Positions 25,901 through 39,456 of a stretch of 64,000 nt of DNA are shown piece by piece. The stretch's first letter is position 1; the number at the start of each line of letters is the position of its first letter. The DNA is taken from the NCBI GenBank assembly GCA_028826165.1, contig JAPDFW010000055.1, positions 310,001-374,000 on the forward strand, written 5' to 3'. This DNA comes from Anaeramoeba ignava BMAN (Eukaryota > Protista > Anaeramoebae). A program made the translations under genes and the position numbers. A model generated the notes under the pieces. That model ran no database searches. It was not told the origin of the DNA and was given only the letters and a program-made list of their open reading frames with translations.

Positions 25901-28180
25901 GAAAAAGTTTATCAAGAAATGGAAAAATTTACAAAATTTATTGAATCAAAATATTCATTTACTAAAAAGGGTGATATCATTGATATTTCTGTTAAAGATT
26001 ACATTTCAAAATCCAATTTTTGGAAATCAAAATATGTTGGATATCGAGTTTCCTTGGATTTTAATGAAAAACATGTTGGAATTGATCCATATTTGCTTGG
26101 TTTTTGGTTTGGCTCGCAAAAAATTCCAAAAGGATCAATCATTCCAGAAAATTTAAAAGCAAAACTTTATTCCTTTCAATTCCAAAAATTAAAACATATT
26201 CCTGAAGAATACATTTTCAATTCCCGAAATTGTCGAAGTTCTTTTATTCGTGGATTTTTTGATTCAAAAGAAATTCAACCAATTTACTCCAAATTTAATT
26301 GTGATTTTTATGATCAAAACACTTTATTTTCACATGAAAATGAAGAATTTATTCAAGATTTGATTTATTTAATGAAATCTATTGGATTTGCAGTTATTAA
26401 ATCACAAAATTCTGATTTGGTTTGCGTTCCTCAACAAAAACATTTGATTGGAAATTATTGCGATATTTTAACTTCAAAAATAGGAATTGAACCAATTGGA
26501 AAAGATAAATATTATGGTTTTGGAATTGATGGAAATCAAAGATTTTTATTGGGAGATTTTTCAGTAACACATAATTCAACAATAGCTGAAAGTCTTTCGC
26601 GTTCTTTAAATAGAACATTACTTCGTTTTTCATGTATTTTTTTATTACAATAATTTATTTTGAGATTTAATTGAAAAAATTTTTTTTTTCAAATTTAAAT
26701 TTCTCAAAAAGTTCTTGAATTAAGTAGTCTTTCAAGTATTAAAGGAAAAAGAAAAATTGAAATGGGAGCGATACCTGGTAAAATTATAAGAGAATTAATA
26801 TCAGTTAAAAGAAACAATCCAGTTATTTTAATTGAAGGTAAATTAATAAAAAACCGGAATTAAAATAAAAATATATATTAAAAAAAATATATTATATTAA
26901 ATAAATTGTTAGAAATTGATCAATTGGATAAATTTAGAATGAGTTACGATGCCAAAGCTGCTTTTTTTGAAATGCTCGATCCAGATTTAAATCAAGAATT
27001 TCTAGACCATTATATTGATTTAAAATTTGATTTGTCCAAAATATTGTTTATTACAACAGCAAATAATATTGATAAAATACCAAAAGAATTATTAAAAAAA
27101 ATGAATATATTGCATTTATATGGATATACACTAGAAGAAAAACTAGTGATTGCAGAAAAATATATTATTCCAAAAATAATAAAACAATTGGGGTTAATTA
27201 ATTATAATATCACAATAACAACAGAATGTATTAGTAATGTTATTAAGAAATATTGCAGAGAAGAAGGTGTAGAAAATTTAAGACAATATTTGGAAAAAAT
27301 ACTGCAAAAAGTAGCTTATGAATTTTCTCAGATGCCAAGAGGAAGAAGAAAGCAAATCAAATTGAAAATTTCTGAATTGAGTTTGGAAAGTTATATTGGA
27401 AAACCAGTTTATTCAAGTAATCGTTTGTATCAACAAACAGATGTTGGTGTTTCAGCATCTTTATCATTAACAAAACTTGGAGGGGAAATAAATTATATTG
27501 AAAGTTCTGTTTGTGGATTTCAAGAAATTCCAAATCAAAATTTAAATCAAAATCAAAATCCAAATCAAAATCAAAATCAAAATCCAAATTTAAATCAAAA
27601 TCAAAATTTAAATCAAAATCCAAATTTAAATCAAAATACAAATCAAAATCAAAATCAAAATACAAATCAAAATCAAAATTTAAATCAAAATATTGGATCA
27701 TTACAAATTACAGGAAATGTTAATCAAATTATGGAAGAAACTGTTCAAATTGCTTATACTTATTGCAAGAATTATTTACATAAACATTTTCCAAATGATA
27801 ATTTTTTCAGTAATCACAAAATTCACACACATATATCATCATTATCAATATCAAACGATGAACAATCTTCAGGAATAGCAATAGCAGCATCACTTCTCTC
27901 ATTAGCAACAGGAAGACCCTTAAAACAAGATATGGCAATGTGTGGAGGATTATCTTTAATGGGAGTTGTTCTTCCTGTTTTGGGTTTAAAAGAAAAAGTT
28001 CTTGCTTCTAAAAGACTTGGTATTAAATTCTTAATTCTTCCAAAATCTAATATTAGAGATTGGGATGAAATTAATATTCTTGTTAAAAAAGATTTATCTG
28101 TTATTTTTGTTGATGATTTCCAAGAAGTTTATCGTTATGCTTTTAATTTTTATTCTTTTCCTCAAACAATTCAAAAATGA
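22994..28180 (+). CDS. LON: Lon protease (LonA type), organelle-targeted, multi-exon, containing an intein; divergent AAA+ motifs
   Basis: N-terminal MLRISSLF presequence-like; PLSKRPLFPG (N domain); YLDWTTELPWG; CLVGPSSVGK|intein|ST; FLDHYIDLKFDLSKILFITTAN; protease Ser..Lys spacing of 43 aa (QSSG..LKEK). Apparent frameshift in the QN microsatellite near 24120. Confidence 0.9.
25565..26575 (+). mobile_element. Intein (337 aa) in the Lon Walker A motif, with degenerate LAGLIDADG endonuclease remnant
   Basis: Starts CFGYNTQVMMSDGS, block B VVNSLHVLSL, ends YYGFGIDGNQRFLLGDFSVTHN, +1 residue Ser; remnant blocks PYLLGFWFGS, KHIPEEY, FIRGFFDSKE. Confidence 0.95.
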
Positions 28181-28794
28181 ATTAAAAACCAATTTAAAAC
28201 ATTTTTTCAATTAATTTTTCAATTAAATTTCAATTAAATTTTTAATTAATTTTTGTAACTTGATTTTCAATTAAGTTTTCAATTAAATTTTCATTAAATT
28301 TTTAATTAAATTTTCAATTAAATTTTTAATTAATTTTTAATTAATTTTTCAATTAAATTTCAATTAAATTTTCAATTAAATTTTCAATTAAATTTTCAAT
28401 TAATTTTTAATTAAATTTTCAATTAAATTTTCAATTAAAATTTTCAATTAAATTTTCAATTAAATTTTAATTAAATTTTCAATTAAATTTTCAATTAAAA
28501 TTTTCAATTAATTTTTTAATTAATTTTTAATTAATTTTTAATTAAATTTTGTAACTTGATTTTCATTGATTAAAAAGAAAAGAAAAACAAAAGCAAAGAG
28601 TAAAGGAATTTGAAAAAAAAAATAGGTTCTTTTTCCCTTTTTTTTTTCAACTATAATTTTGTTATTAATTAATTGTGAAAAACGAGGAAACATTTTCCAA
28701 CTTTTTAAAAATGCTTTAAAATGCTTTAAAATGCTTTAAAAATGTTTTCAAAATGCTTTAAAAATGTTTTCAATTCAAATTCCAACTTGAAATG

Positions 28795-31700
28795 TTACAA
28801 ATTCTTTTTAGAATCTGATTTAATATTAAGTAAAATTTCAAAACCTTGACGATATTCATCATATTTCATAATATCTTTAAGAAATTTTAAATAAATTGGA
28901 GATTCATAAATAATCCTATATAATTTCACAAGATTGATATAAAAAGCACCAGTTGTTGTGACACCAAAATTTTTATAAAGCATATGGAAACGAACAAAAA
29001 GACTATTTTTAAAGAAAAAATCAGCAATCAATTTGACATCACGTTCAAAACTCTTTGAAGGATCCTTCTTTCCAGGACGTATTTGAATCATTTTTTCTTT
29101 TGGTAATAAATTCATTCTTAGTATTTTGTTGATATAATATAATCCATTAAGTGTCGCTCTTTTCGAACTGACAGCTAGAAGTTCCAAGAACTGGATCATC
29201 AACTTCGACTCAATTAAATACTTGCAAAAAGATTTATTGCAAGCAATTGTTTGATACAATAATTTCCAAGACTCTCTGTTGAATTTGTAATTGATTTCAT
29301 CGTTGCAAAATTCTCGAATAAAAGAAACCAATTCTGATTTTTGACTTTTTTTGTCAGTCACTTTTTCCGAGATTGCATCGAATATCGTGGGTTCTTTGAG
29401 TAGATCTCGAACACACATCAAAATCGGGATCTTAAAATCATACGCATTTTCTGGAGTGGTTCGGATCATGATCATTAAATTGAAGATGATTTGGCAATCG
29501 ATTCGAATAATGTTTTTCATTTTAAAAATTTTGCGCATTTTATTCGACCGAGTTTTCCTCGGTTTGGATCCAAGACTTTCGACACCGAAAATCAGATTTT
29601 TTTTGAGGAGATGATGAATCATTTGCATTAAAAAACGCGCCACATAGGATAGTTCAATTGCGTAAAAGGAATCCATTATTGATCTATTTAGTCGTAACAA
29701 GAAGTTGTTGAAAAAAGTTGGAGAAAGTAACTCGAGCTGATTCAAATCAACCAATGTTTGCTCATGCATTGTCTGTTCATAAAGATAATGTCCATACTTA
29801 CTTGCAAGGATGGTTGAATATGTTGCTTGTTCTTTGTAATTTTTTTTAGATAGTTTCCGAACCAAATCCAAAAGAATAATTTCTTGATTTTGTTTTCCTT
29901 CTTGCTGTAAAACTCGTTCATCCTCAATAGCATTTGAACTCAAGTCTTGAGTATCCTGACTATTTGAATGAAGTGATTCTTCATTTTTTTTATGACTCTT
30001 TTTGGGTCATTTTCTTTTTCAATTTTTTTTGGATCATTTTCTTTTTCAATTTTTTTTGGATCATTTTCTTTTTCAATTTTTTTTGGATCATTTTCTTTTT
30101 CAATTTTTTTTGGATCATTTTCTTTTTCAATTTTTTTTGGATCATTTTCTTTTTTTATTTCTTTTAAATTTTCTGATTCTTGTATTCTTGATACATTTGG
30201 ACTTGATTTAATTACGATTGTTAAATTTGTTTGTGTTTTTGCTCGTGCAACTTTTTTTTCAAGTCCAGAAAATAAATCCTCTAATAAATCTTTTGCTTGA
30301 TATTGTTCAATAAAATACACAAAATATCTTTCGTTTTTCATCATTTCCCACATTCTTTCAGCTGCAATTTTAACATGAAGGAATCGAGAACAACCAAGTT
30401 CTCGAACATGTTGAATTAATTTGGAAGATTCTGAAACAAAAAACTTTCGAAGTGTTTCATCTTCACAATTAAGTAAATTCACCAAAACAAAAAGATATAT
30501 ACTTGATATAGTTGATGATTTTGAGGAAACACCTTCAAATACATCTCTTTCAATGATTCTTGGTGCTGATGTTATAAATGAGATGATTTGTTTTTGGATT
30601 TTGCGTAAAAGTTGGTCTAAAAATTTAACCATTTGGAATTCATTTTTGAAACATTGATATAAAATTCGAATGTAATAAAAGCAATATATTATATGAATAA
30701 AATTATTGAGAAGGACTTCTTTTGGGAAATTCTAAATAAATTTTATAATTATAATTTTAATAATTTTTAAATGAATTTTTTTGATTTTAATAATTTTTAC
30801 AATTTTGGCTAAATCTATCAATTCTTGTGAAAATGGAAAAACTTGTCTTAAAAAACTTTGTGATTTAACTAAAGTATATGAGAGTTTATATAAAATTTTT
30901 GGTTGTTGTTCATTCACAATTTCTTCAAGAAAATCATTTCCTGGTTTTGTTGTTAAAAATTTATTCAATAAAAATCCTATTTTAATATGAATAAGAACAT
31001 CTGGATGTAAATTAAGAAGATTTAAAATTTTTTTTATAATTTTCGGTGAAATTGAATTTAGAATTTTCTTTTTAATTTCAGATCCACTTTTAAATATTTT
31101 TGAATATTGATTAAAACTCTTTTTATTTTTAATAAAAACAAAAAGAAAAAAAATGTAAATAAATATTTTTTTAATATTATTATTATTATTACTTCTTTTC
31201 CTAAAATAAGATCTTTAAAATCTGGGAAATCAATATTTTTCTTTTTTAATAATACATCAATTTTTTCTTGAATAATTTTTTCAAACTAATTTAATAATTT
31301 TTTTTAAAAAAACAAGTAAATTAGTTCTTTTTTTTTTTGATAAAAAATAAAATATACTTTTTTTTCAGTTGCAAAATCTTGATTTGGGAAAATGATTGAA
31401 TAATAAGCATTTTCAGATTCTATAACAATAACTTTTTGTTCAATGTTAAGGAAATAATTTGGATCTTTATTAAAATTTTTCCAGTTAATCTAAATCAAAA
31501 TAATAAATAAATAATTTGAAATTTTTAATTTAAAATTTTTAATTACATTTTCTTCAATATCATATCGAATTAATCCAACTTCTAATTTATCAATATTTGG
31601 TACAACTTTTTCATGAAATCTATTTTTATTATCAATGGATGAATTTGATAATGGATTTTGTGTTGAAAAATGTAATGTTGGTTGTTTCTAAATTAAAAAA

Positions 31701-34482
31701 AAATATAATATAAAAATATAATTTAATAAATAAAATATAATATAAAAAATATTTACTTTTGGAAGAAAAGCTGGTTTTCCTAAAATTTCTGGTGAATTAT
31801 GTTGATATTTTTTCATATTTTCAGAAATATTTGAAAGTACAGCTTCAAAAAAATTATTCACTTTTGTTCTTGAATCTTGATCTAATTTCGAGAAAAATGG
31901 AAAAAAATTATCTTTATATTTTTGGATAGATTTTGATTCTGGAATTTTTTCCTTTTTAATTGAGAAAAAAAAAATTAAATTAAGAAATGAATAAGGAAGT
32001 TTTTCTTTCTTTTTTTTGGAAATTATTTTTTATACTTGAATTTTATAAAGATTAAATGTGTTTGTTAAATTATTTCTCCAATTATAATAAGAGTAATTAG
32101 TTTCAAATCCATGAAATGTTTGTTCAGTTCTTTTAGTAGGTTTCTAAAAGAATTTTGAAAAAATTTTATATATTAGTTAATTTTGAAATTTTGAAATTAA
32201 ATTTAAAAAAAAAATATTACCATAGCTTGTTGTAATCGAATTTGTTTTGTGAATTGTGATGCATGAATTGGCATTTGTGATAATGATTTTACAACAATTT
32301 GACTCCATCTTTTGTATGCTCTTTCATAATTTTCATATTTTTTATAAAGTTTTGGATTTGGTTCTTCTGGAAATAATTCTGAATCCCAAATGGAATCAGG
32401 AAGAGTTGCTCGAGAAAATTCAGTTGAAATTGTTGAATCATTTCTTTAAATTTATAAATGAATTTTATAAATGAATTTTAATTTTAATTTTATAAATGAA
32501 TTTTATAAATGAATTTTAATTTTAATTTTAATTTTAATTTTATAAATGAATTTTAATTTTAATTTTATAAATGAATTTTATATAATTTTAATTTTAAATT
32601 TTAATTTTATAAATGAATTTTAATTTTAATTTTAATTTTATAAATGAATTTTAATTTTAATTTTAATTTTAATTTTAATTTTAAAATTTTAATTTTAATT
32701 TTAATTTTTGATTACAAATTTAATCTTTTTTCTAAAACTTGTAAAACTTCTTGCTCTTGATGCTTATTTAATCTAACAGCAGTTCTAACACTTAGAAACT
32801 TTTTTGGACTTTGAAGTAAATCAAATTTTTTAACTTTTCTTGGCTTTTCAAAATCTTGTTCATTTGTTTCCAATTCATGTCCAGATGTTCTAAAAATAAA
32901 ATTAATAATTAAAAATTAATTAATAATTAAAAATCAAAAATTAATAATTAATAATTAATAATTAATAATTAATAATTAATAATTAAAAATTAATAATTAA
33001 TAATTAATAATTAATAATTAATAATTAATAATTAATAATCAATAATTAATAATTAAAAATTAATAATTAAAAATTAATAATTAATAATTAATAATCAAAA
33101 ATTAATAATTAAAAATTAATAATTAATAATTAATAATTAATAATTAAAAATTAATAATTAAAAATTAATAATTAATAATTAAAAATTAATAATTAATAAT
33201 TAAAAATTAATAATTAATAATTAATAATTTAATAATTAATAATTAATAATTAATAATTAATAATCAATAATCAAAAATTAATAATCAAAAATTAATAATT
33301 AAATAATTAAAAATTAATAATTAAAAATCAATAATTAATAATTAATGATTAAAAATCAAAATAGATTTTCTAAGTTGAAAATTAAAAGTTAATTTATACG
33401 CTTCAGTCATTTCAGAAAAATCATCTTCCCAATCTGTTTCAGTTTCAGTATAATCTGTAGTTTCATTTTTTTTGACAGCAATTTCTTTTTTATTATTCTA
33501 TAAAAAAATATTTTTTTTCAATTTAAAAATTTTTCTTTTCTTTTCTTTCTTTTCTTTTCTTTTGTTTAATAAATAAATTACTCCATCATCTGGTCTATAA
33601 AAAAATTTCCCAACAATCTTTGGAAATGATAAATGTTTCAATATATTTTCACATTGATTTTTCCATTCAATACATGCATTTTCATACTAATTAATTAAAT
33701 CAAAAAAATAAAAAAAATTTTTTTTATTTAAAATTAAATTAAATTTTTAATTAAATTCTATTTTAAATTTTAATTGGAAAATTTTTTTCGATTGATCAAT
33801 TTTTTTGTAAATAATTCATTTTTTTTTTGATAAGAAATTAATTATAGAATTGCTTTTTTTTTTTAATTGATCAATTTTTTAATAATATTTTTCGATTTGA
33901 TTTAAATTTTTTTTTTTTTGTGAATTGAATTTTTAAATTAAAATCCAAAAAAAAAAAATAATGAAAAAAAAGCAATTTTTTTCAAAAAAAAAAAAACAAA
34001 AAGTGAAAAAAAATATTTGTAAAATAAAAATAATAAAATACTTCTTGATAAGAGTTATAACTATCAAAGTTTGGAAATGATGGAATTGAGTTTAATTTTT
34101 TAGTTTCTTTTGATCAAAACCAATAATAGAAATGAATATAAAATGAAGCAAAAAAATTGAAAAAGAAAAAAATTTAAGTTTTTTTTTTTGAAAAATAATT
34201 TTTATCAATAATTTATAATCAAAAACCTTCTGATTGTAAATAGAATTGATTGTAAATTTTTCCGTCTGTTGAAATATAAACACCATTTGTTTGTTTTTCT
34301 TTTAATTCATTAGTAGTTGGTGGAATTGAATCTGAAGGAATAAAAGGAATTGAAAAAAAACCACCTTTTATTTTTAAAATGAACAATAAAATAATAAACA
34401 ATAAGATTTTGAGATTTGCTATTTTATTTTTAAAACAAATATTTTTATTACCGATTGCTTTATATTTTCTGTTTTGATTCAT
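28795..34482 (-). CDS. Large multi-exon helical protein, tentatively Sca1-complex scaffold (ScaA)-like
   Basis: Exons from MNQNRKYKAI (34482) through PFIPSDSIP, FDSYNSYQEYENACIEWKNQ, to ORFs 29940-30632 and 28795-29943. Family assignment is from recalled motif resemblance only. Homopolymer frameshifts near 34220 and 30000. Confidence 0.55.
30002..30150 (-). repeat. 27-nt coding tandem repeat (KENDPKKIE), about 6 copies
   Basis: Visible in sequence and ORF translation. Confidence 0.9.
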
Positions 34483-34614
34483 TTTGTTTTTTTTTTGTTA
34501 ATTAATTAAAAAAAAATGAATTTTCAATTTTAAAAAAAAATTTTGAATTTTCAATTTTAAAAAATAAAAACAAACAAAAATTTTTCTTTTAAAATTTTTT
34601 AAAATTCAATTAAA

Positions 34615-37120
34615 TTTATTTTAATTAATTTTATTTAGATTAAATTTATTTGAATTAAATTTATTTATTTAAAATTTAAAAACAAATTAAATTTATTTAT
34701 TAAATTTAAATTAAATATTTTTAATTTATTAAATTTATTTTTAAATTTATTTAGATTAAATTTATTTAGATTAAATTTATTTTAGATTAAATTTACATCT
34801 TTAATTAAATTTATTTAGATTAAATTTATTTTTAGATTAAATTTATTTAGATTAAATTTTTGATTAAATTTTTTAGATTTAAATTTATTTAGATTAAATT
34901 TATTTGGATTAAATTTATTTATTAAATTTATTTTTATTAAATTTATTTTGATTAAATTTATTTAGATTAAATTTATTTAGATTAAATTTATTAATTAAAT
35001 TTATTTAGATTAAATTTATTTAGATTAAATTTATTTAGATTAAATTTATTTAGATTAAATTTATTTAGATTAAATTTATTTAGATTAAATTTATTTAGAT
35101 TAAATTTATTTAGATTAAATTTTTATTAAATTTATTTAGATTTATTTTAAATTTATTTTGAGATTAAATTTATTTAGTTAAATTTATTTAGATTAAATTT
35201 ATTTGGATTAAATTTATTTATTTAAATTTATTTAGATTAAAAAATTTATTTATTTTAAATTTATTTTAAGATTAAATTTATTTAGATTAAATTTATTTTA
35301 GATTAAATTTATTTAGATTAAATTTATTTTAAAATTTGAATTTATTTTGGATTAAAAATTTATTTAGATTAAATTTATTTGGATTAAATTTATTTAGATT
35401 AAATTTATTTAGATTAAATTTATTTATAAATTAAATTTATTTTAAATTGATTTATTTAGATTAAATTTATTTTTATTTAAATTTATTTTAATTTGGATTA
35501 AATTTATTTAGATTAAATTTATTTGATTGAATTTATTTAGATTAAATTTATTTAATTAAATTTATTTGATTAAATTTAAGATTTTATTTTAAAATTTAAA
35601 TTTATTTAAATTAAATTTTTTGATTAAATTTATTTTAAATTATTTATTTAGATTAAATTTATTTAGATTAAATTTATTTGAATTAAATTTATTTAGATTA
35701 AATTTATTTGAATTAAATTTATTTAGATTAAATTTATTTAGATTAAATTTATTTAGATTAAATTTATTTAGATTAAATTTATTTAGATTAAATTTATTTA
35801 GATTAAATTTATTTAGATTAAATTTATTTAGATTAAAATTTATTTATTTGGATTAAATTTATTTAGATTAAATTTATTTAAATTTATTTGGATTAAATTT
35901 ATTTAGATTAAATTTATTTGGATTAAATTTATTTGGATTAAATTTATTTAGATTAAATTTATTTAGATTAAATTTATTTGGATTAAATTTATTTAGATTA
36001 AATTTATTTAGATTAAATTTATTTGGATTAAATTTATTTAGATTAAATTTATTTAGATTAAATTTATTTATTTGGATTAAATTTATTTAGATTAAATTTA
36101 TTTAGATTTATTTGGATTAAATTTATTTAGATTAAATTTATTTGGATTAGATTTATTTGGATTAAATTTATTTGGATTAAATTTATTTGGATTAAATTTA
36201 TTTAGATTAAATTTATTTAGATTAAATTTATTTAGATTAAATTTATTTGGATTAAATTTATTTAGATTAAATTTATTTAGATTAAATTTATTTGGATTAA
36301 ATTTATTAAATTTATTTAGATTAAATTTATTTAGATTAAATTTATTTGATTTTAAATTTAAATTTATTTAATTTATTTTAAAATTTATTTAGATTAAATT
36401 TATTTGAATTAAATTTATTTAGATTAAATTTATTTAGATTAAATTTATTTAGATTAAATTTATTTAGATTAAATTTTATTTGATTTATTTAGATTAAATT
36501 TATTTGAATTAAATTTATTTAGATTAAATTTATTTGATTAAATTTATTTAGATTAAATTTATTTGGATTAAATTTATTTATTTAGATTATTTGGATTAAA
36601 TTTATTTGGATTAAATTTATTTAGATTAAATTTAAATTTATTTAGATTAAATTTATTTGGGATTAAATTTATTTGGATTAAATTTATTTGGATTAAATTT
36701 ATTTAGATTAAATTTATTTAGTTAAATTTAAATTTTTATTTAGATTAAATTTATTTAGATTAAATTTATTAAATTTATTTAGATTAAATTTATTTGGATT
36801 AAATTTATTTGGATTAAATTTATTTAGATTAAATTTATTTGGATTAAATTTATTTGGATTAAAATTTATTTAGATTATTTAGATTAAATTTATTTAGATT
36901 AAATTTATTTAGATTAAATTTATTTATTAAATTTATTTGGATTAAATTTATTTAGATTAAATTTATTTAGATTAAATTTATTTGAATTAAATTTATTAAT
37001 TAAATTTATTTAGATTAAATTTATTTGGATTAAATTTATTTAGATTAAATTTATTTAGATTAAATTTATTTGGATTTATTTGGATTAAATTTATTGAATT
37101 AGATTTATTTGAATTAGATT
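34615..37120. repeat. Intergenic 15-nt satellite (ATTAAATTTATTT[A/G]G)n, 2.5 kb
   Basis: Tandem array between divergently transcribed genes. Confidence 0.95.
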
Positions 37121-37498
37121 TGAAGTAAATTTAAATTACAGTTGGATTAGTTTTTAATTAAAAAATTAATTTAGATCTAAAAAACAAAAAGAAAAAAAAA
37201 AAGATAAAAAGGAAAAATTTGCTTATATTTGGAACTTAAATTCAAAAGTAATTAAATTTTAAATTAAATTAATAAAGAATTTATAAATAAATTAATTTAA
37301 AAATAATAAAATCTAATTGAAAAAACTCACTATTTAAATTAAAAGGGTACTTTACACGTGTTAATAAAATGATCGAATTTAAAAGCAAAAAAAAAAAATA
37401 AAATAAAAATCATTTTTCTTTTTATCTCTTAATACTTTTTTTTTTTATTACAAAAAAAGGTTTTTTTTACTTTTATTTTTTTTAAAAAAAAGCGCAAA

Positions 37499-39177
37499 AT
37501 GCAATCAAACACTGCGATTACAATTAAAAGTACATTCAAAAATGATACAAGAAGATTTCTGTTGAATTCCAAAGCAGAAATGGAAGAACTTTTGAACACA
37601 ATTAAAAAGCTTTATCAACTTGAACAAGCAAATCCTGAATTGATTTCGATTTATTATTTTGATGAAGATGAAGACAAGATCACAATTACAAACACAAACG
37701 AACTTGGAACCGCAATTCAAACCACATTAGCAACTGAAACGAAGATTTTGCGGTTGGTAATCAAAGTTAGAAAAGCAAAAAAAATGGCAAAACAAGAACA
37801 AATGGGTGAATTTTCACATCCTTTCAAGGGCAAACGTTTTCATGGATTTTTTGGACGTAGATTTTTCTTTCTTCCTTTTGCTGTCCGTTATTTACGACCC
37901 AAACTTATTGAACTTGCAACTCTTGCTCAAGATCCTTCTGTTGTTGAATGGTTCAAAGAATCCCGTTTCCAAATTTCTTTTGCTCTTCGTGAACTTGTTG
38001 AAAATGGAAAAGAAAAAGCTGAAGAATTCATGAAAGTCGTTGAAAGTCTTGTTAGTAATGTGAAGTTTACTGATCCTGAATCGATTAAGAGAATTCAAGA
38101 TGTTGCTAAGTATGTAGTTGAGAAAGCTGATGAATTGAAGGAAAAAGTGAATGAAAATGGAACTTTTGGATTTGGAATGCATAAAGGATTTGGAATGAGA
38201 AAGTTTTGGAAACATCATGGTTGTGGAATGAATAAAGGATTTGGAATGAAAAAGTTTTGGAAACATCATGGAATGAAACATCATGGATTTGGAATGCATA
38301 AAGGTTGTCCAATGAAAAAGTTTTGGAAACATCATGGAATGTTTGGAATGCATCATCCAATGCATCATGGAATGTTTGGAGGAATGAATCAAGGTTTTGG
38401 AATGCATCATCCAATGCATCATGGTTTTGATATGGATTTTGGTGCTCCTTTTGGAATGCATCATGGTTTTGGTCATGGAATTCATTGTGGAATGCGTAGA
38501 GGAATGGGAAAGTTTTGGAAACATCATGGAATGAAACATCATGGTTTTGGAATGCAGAAACATCATGGTTTTGGAATGCATAAAGGTTGTGGAATGAGAA
38601 AGTTTTGGAAACATCATGGTTGTGGAATGAATAAAGGTTGTGGAATGAATAAAGGATTTGGAATGAAAAGTTTTGGAAACATCATGGAATGAAACATCAT
38701 GGTTTTGGAATGCATAAAGGTTGTCCAATGAGAAAGTTCTGGAAACATCATGGAATGTTTGGAATGCATCATCCAATGCATCATGGAATGTTTGGAGGTA
38801 TGAATCATGGTTTTGGAATGCATCATCCAATGCATCATGGTTTTGATATGCATCATGGAATGTTTGGTATGAATCACCCAATGTTTGATATGAATATGAA
38901 TCAAATGTCCCCTTTCAATTACAACCAATTTGACCAATATCCTTCTCAATTTCAACAAAATCCTTTCGTTCAAGAACAAGAACAAGAAGATGAATATCAA
39001 GATGAAAAACCTTGGAAGAAGTTTACTAAAAAAGGAAAGAAAGCTAAGAATGATTTTGGAAGACGTCAAGGAAGAAGAGGAAGAAGAGGAATGGGAATGG
39101 AAATGCAACAATTTGAAGATGAAATGAATGAAAACATTCCTCCTCAACAAGAACAAGAACCAAAAGAAAAGAAATAA
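37499..39177 (+). CDS. PB1-domain protein with long His/Gly/Met/Phe/Cys repeat region; one frameshift near 38668
   Basis: PB1: ITIKSTFKNDTRRF..IYYFDEDEDKITITNTNEL (basic Lys plus OPCA motif). At 38663 atgaaaagttttgg lacks one A relative to sister repeats (atgaaaaagttttgg), joining ORFs 37499-38692 and 38689-39177. Confidence 0.85.
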
Positions 39178-39456
39178 TTTTGATTTTTGATTTCTTTTCT
39201 TTTCTAATTTAGAAAGGGAAAATTCAACTTCTTTTTTTTTTCAATTCAATTTCTTTTTTTTTTCAATTCAATTTCTTTTTTTTTTCAATTCAAATTCAAT
39301 TCCCTTTCTTTTCAGAAATTTTAATTTTCTGATTTTCTTTTTTTTTCAATTCGATTTCGATCCAATTTTCAAAATAAAAAAAACAAAACAAAAAAAATCT
39401 TTTTTTCTTTTTTTCTTTTTCTTTTTCTTTTTCTTTTTGATTAAAAAAAAAAAATT

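Noticed and set aside
34615-37120. Long arrays as CRISPR or telomeric repeats
   Set aside because: No unique spacers, no cas genes, eukaryotic context, and no G-rich telomere unit.
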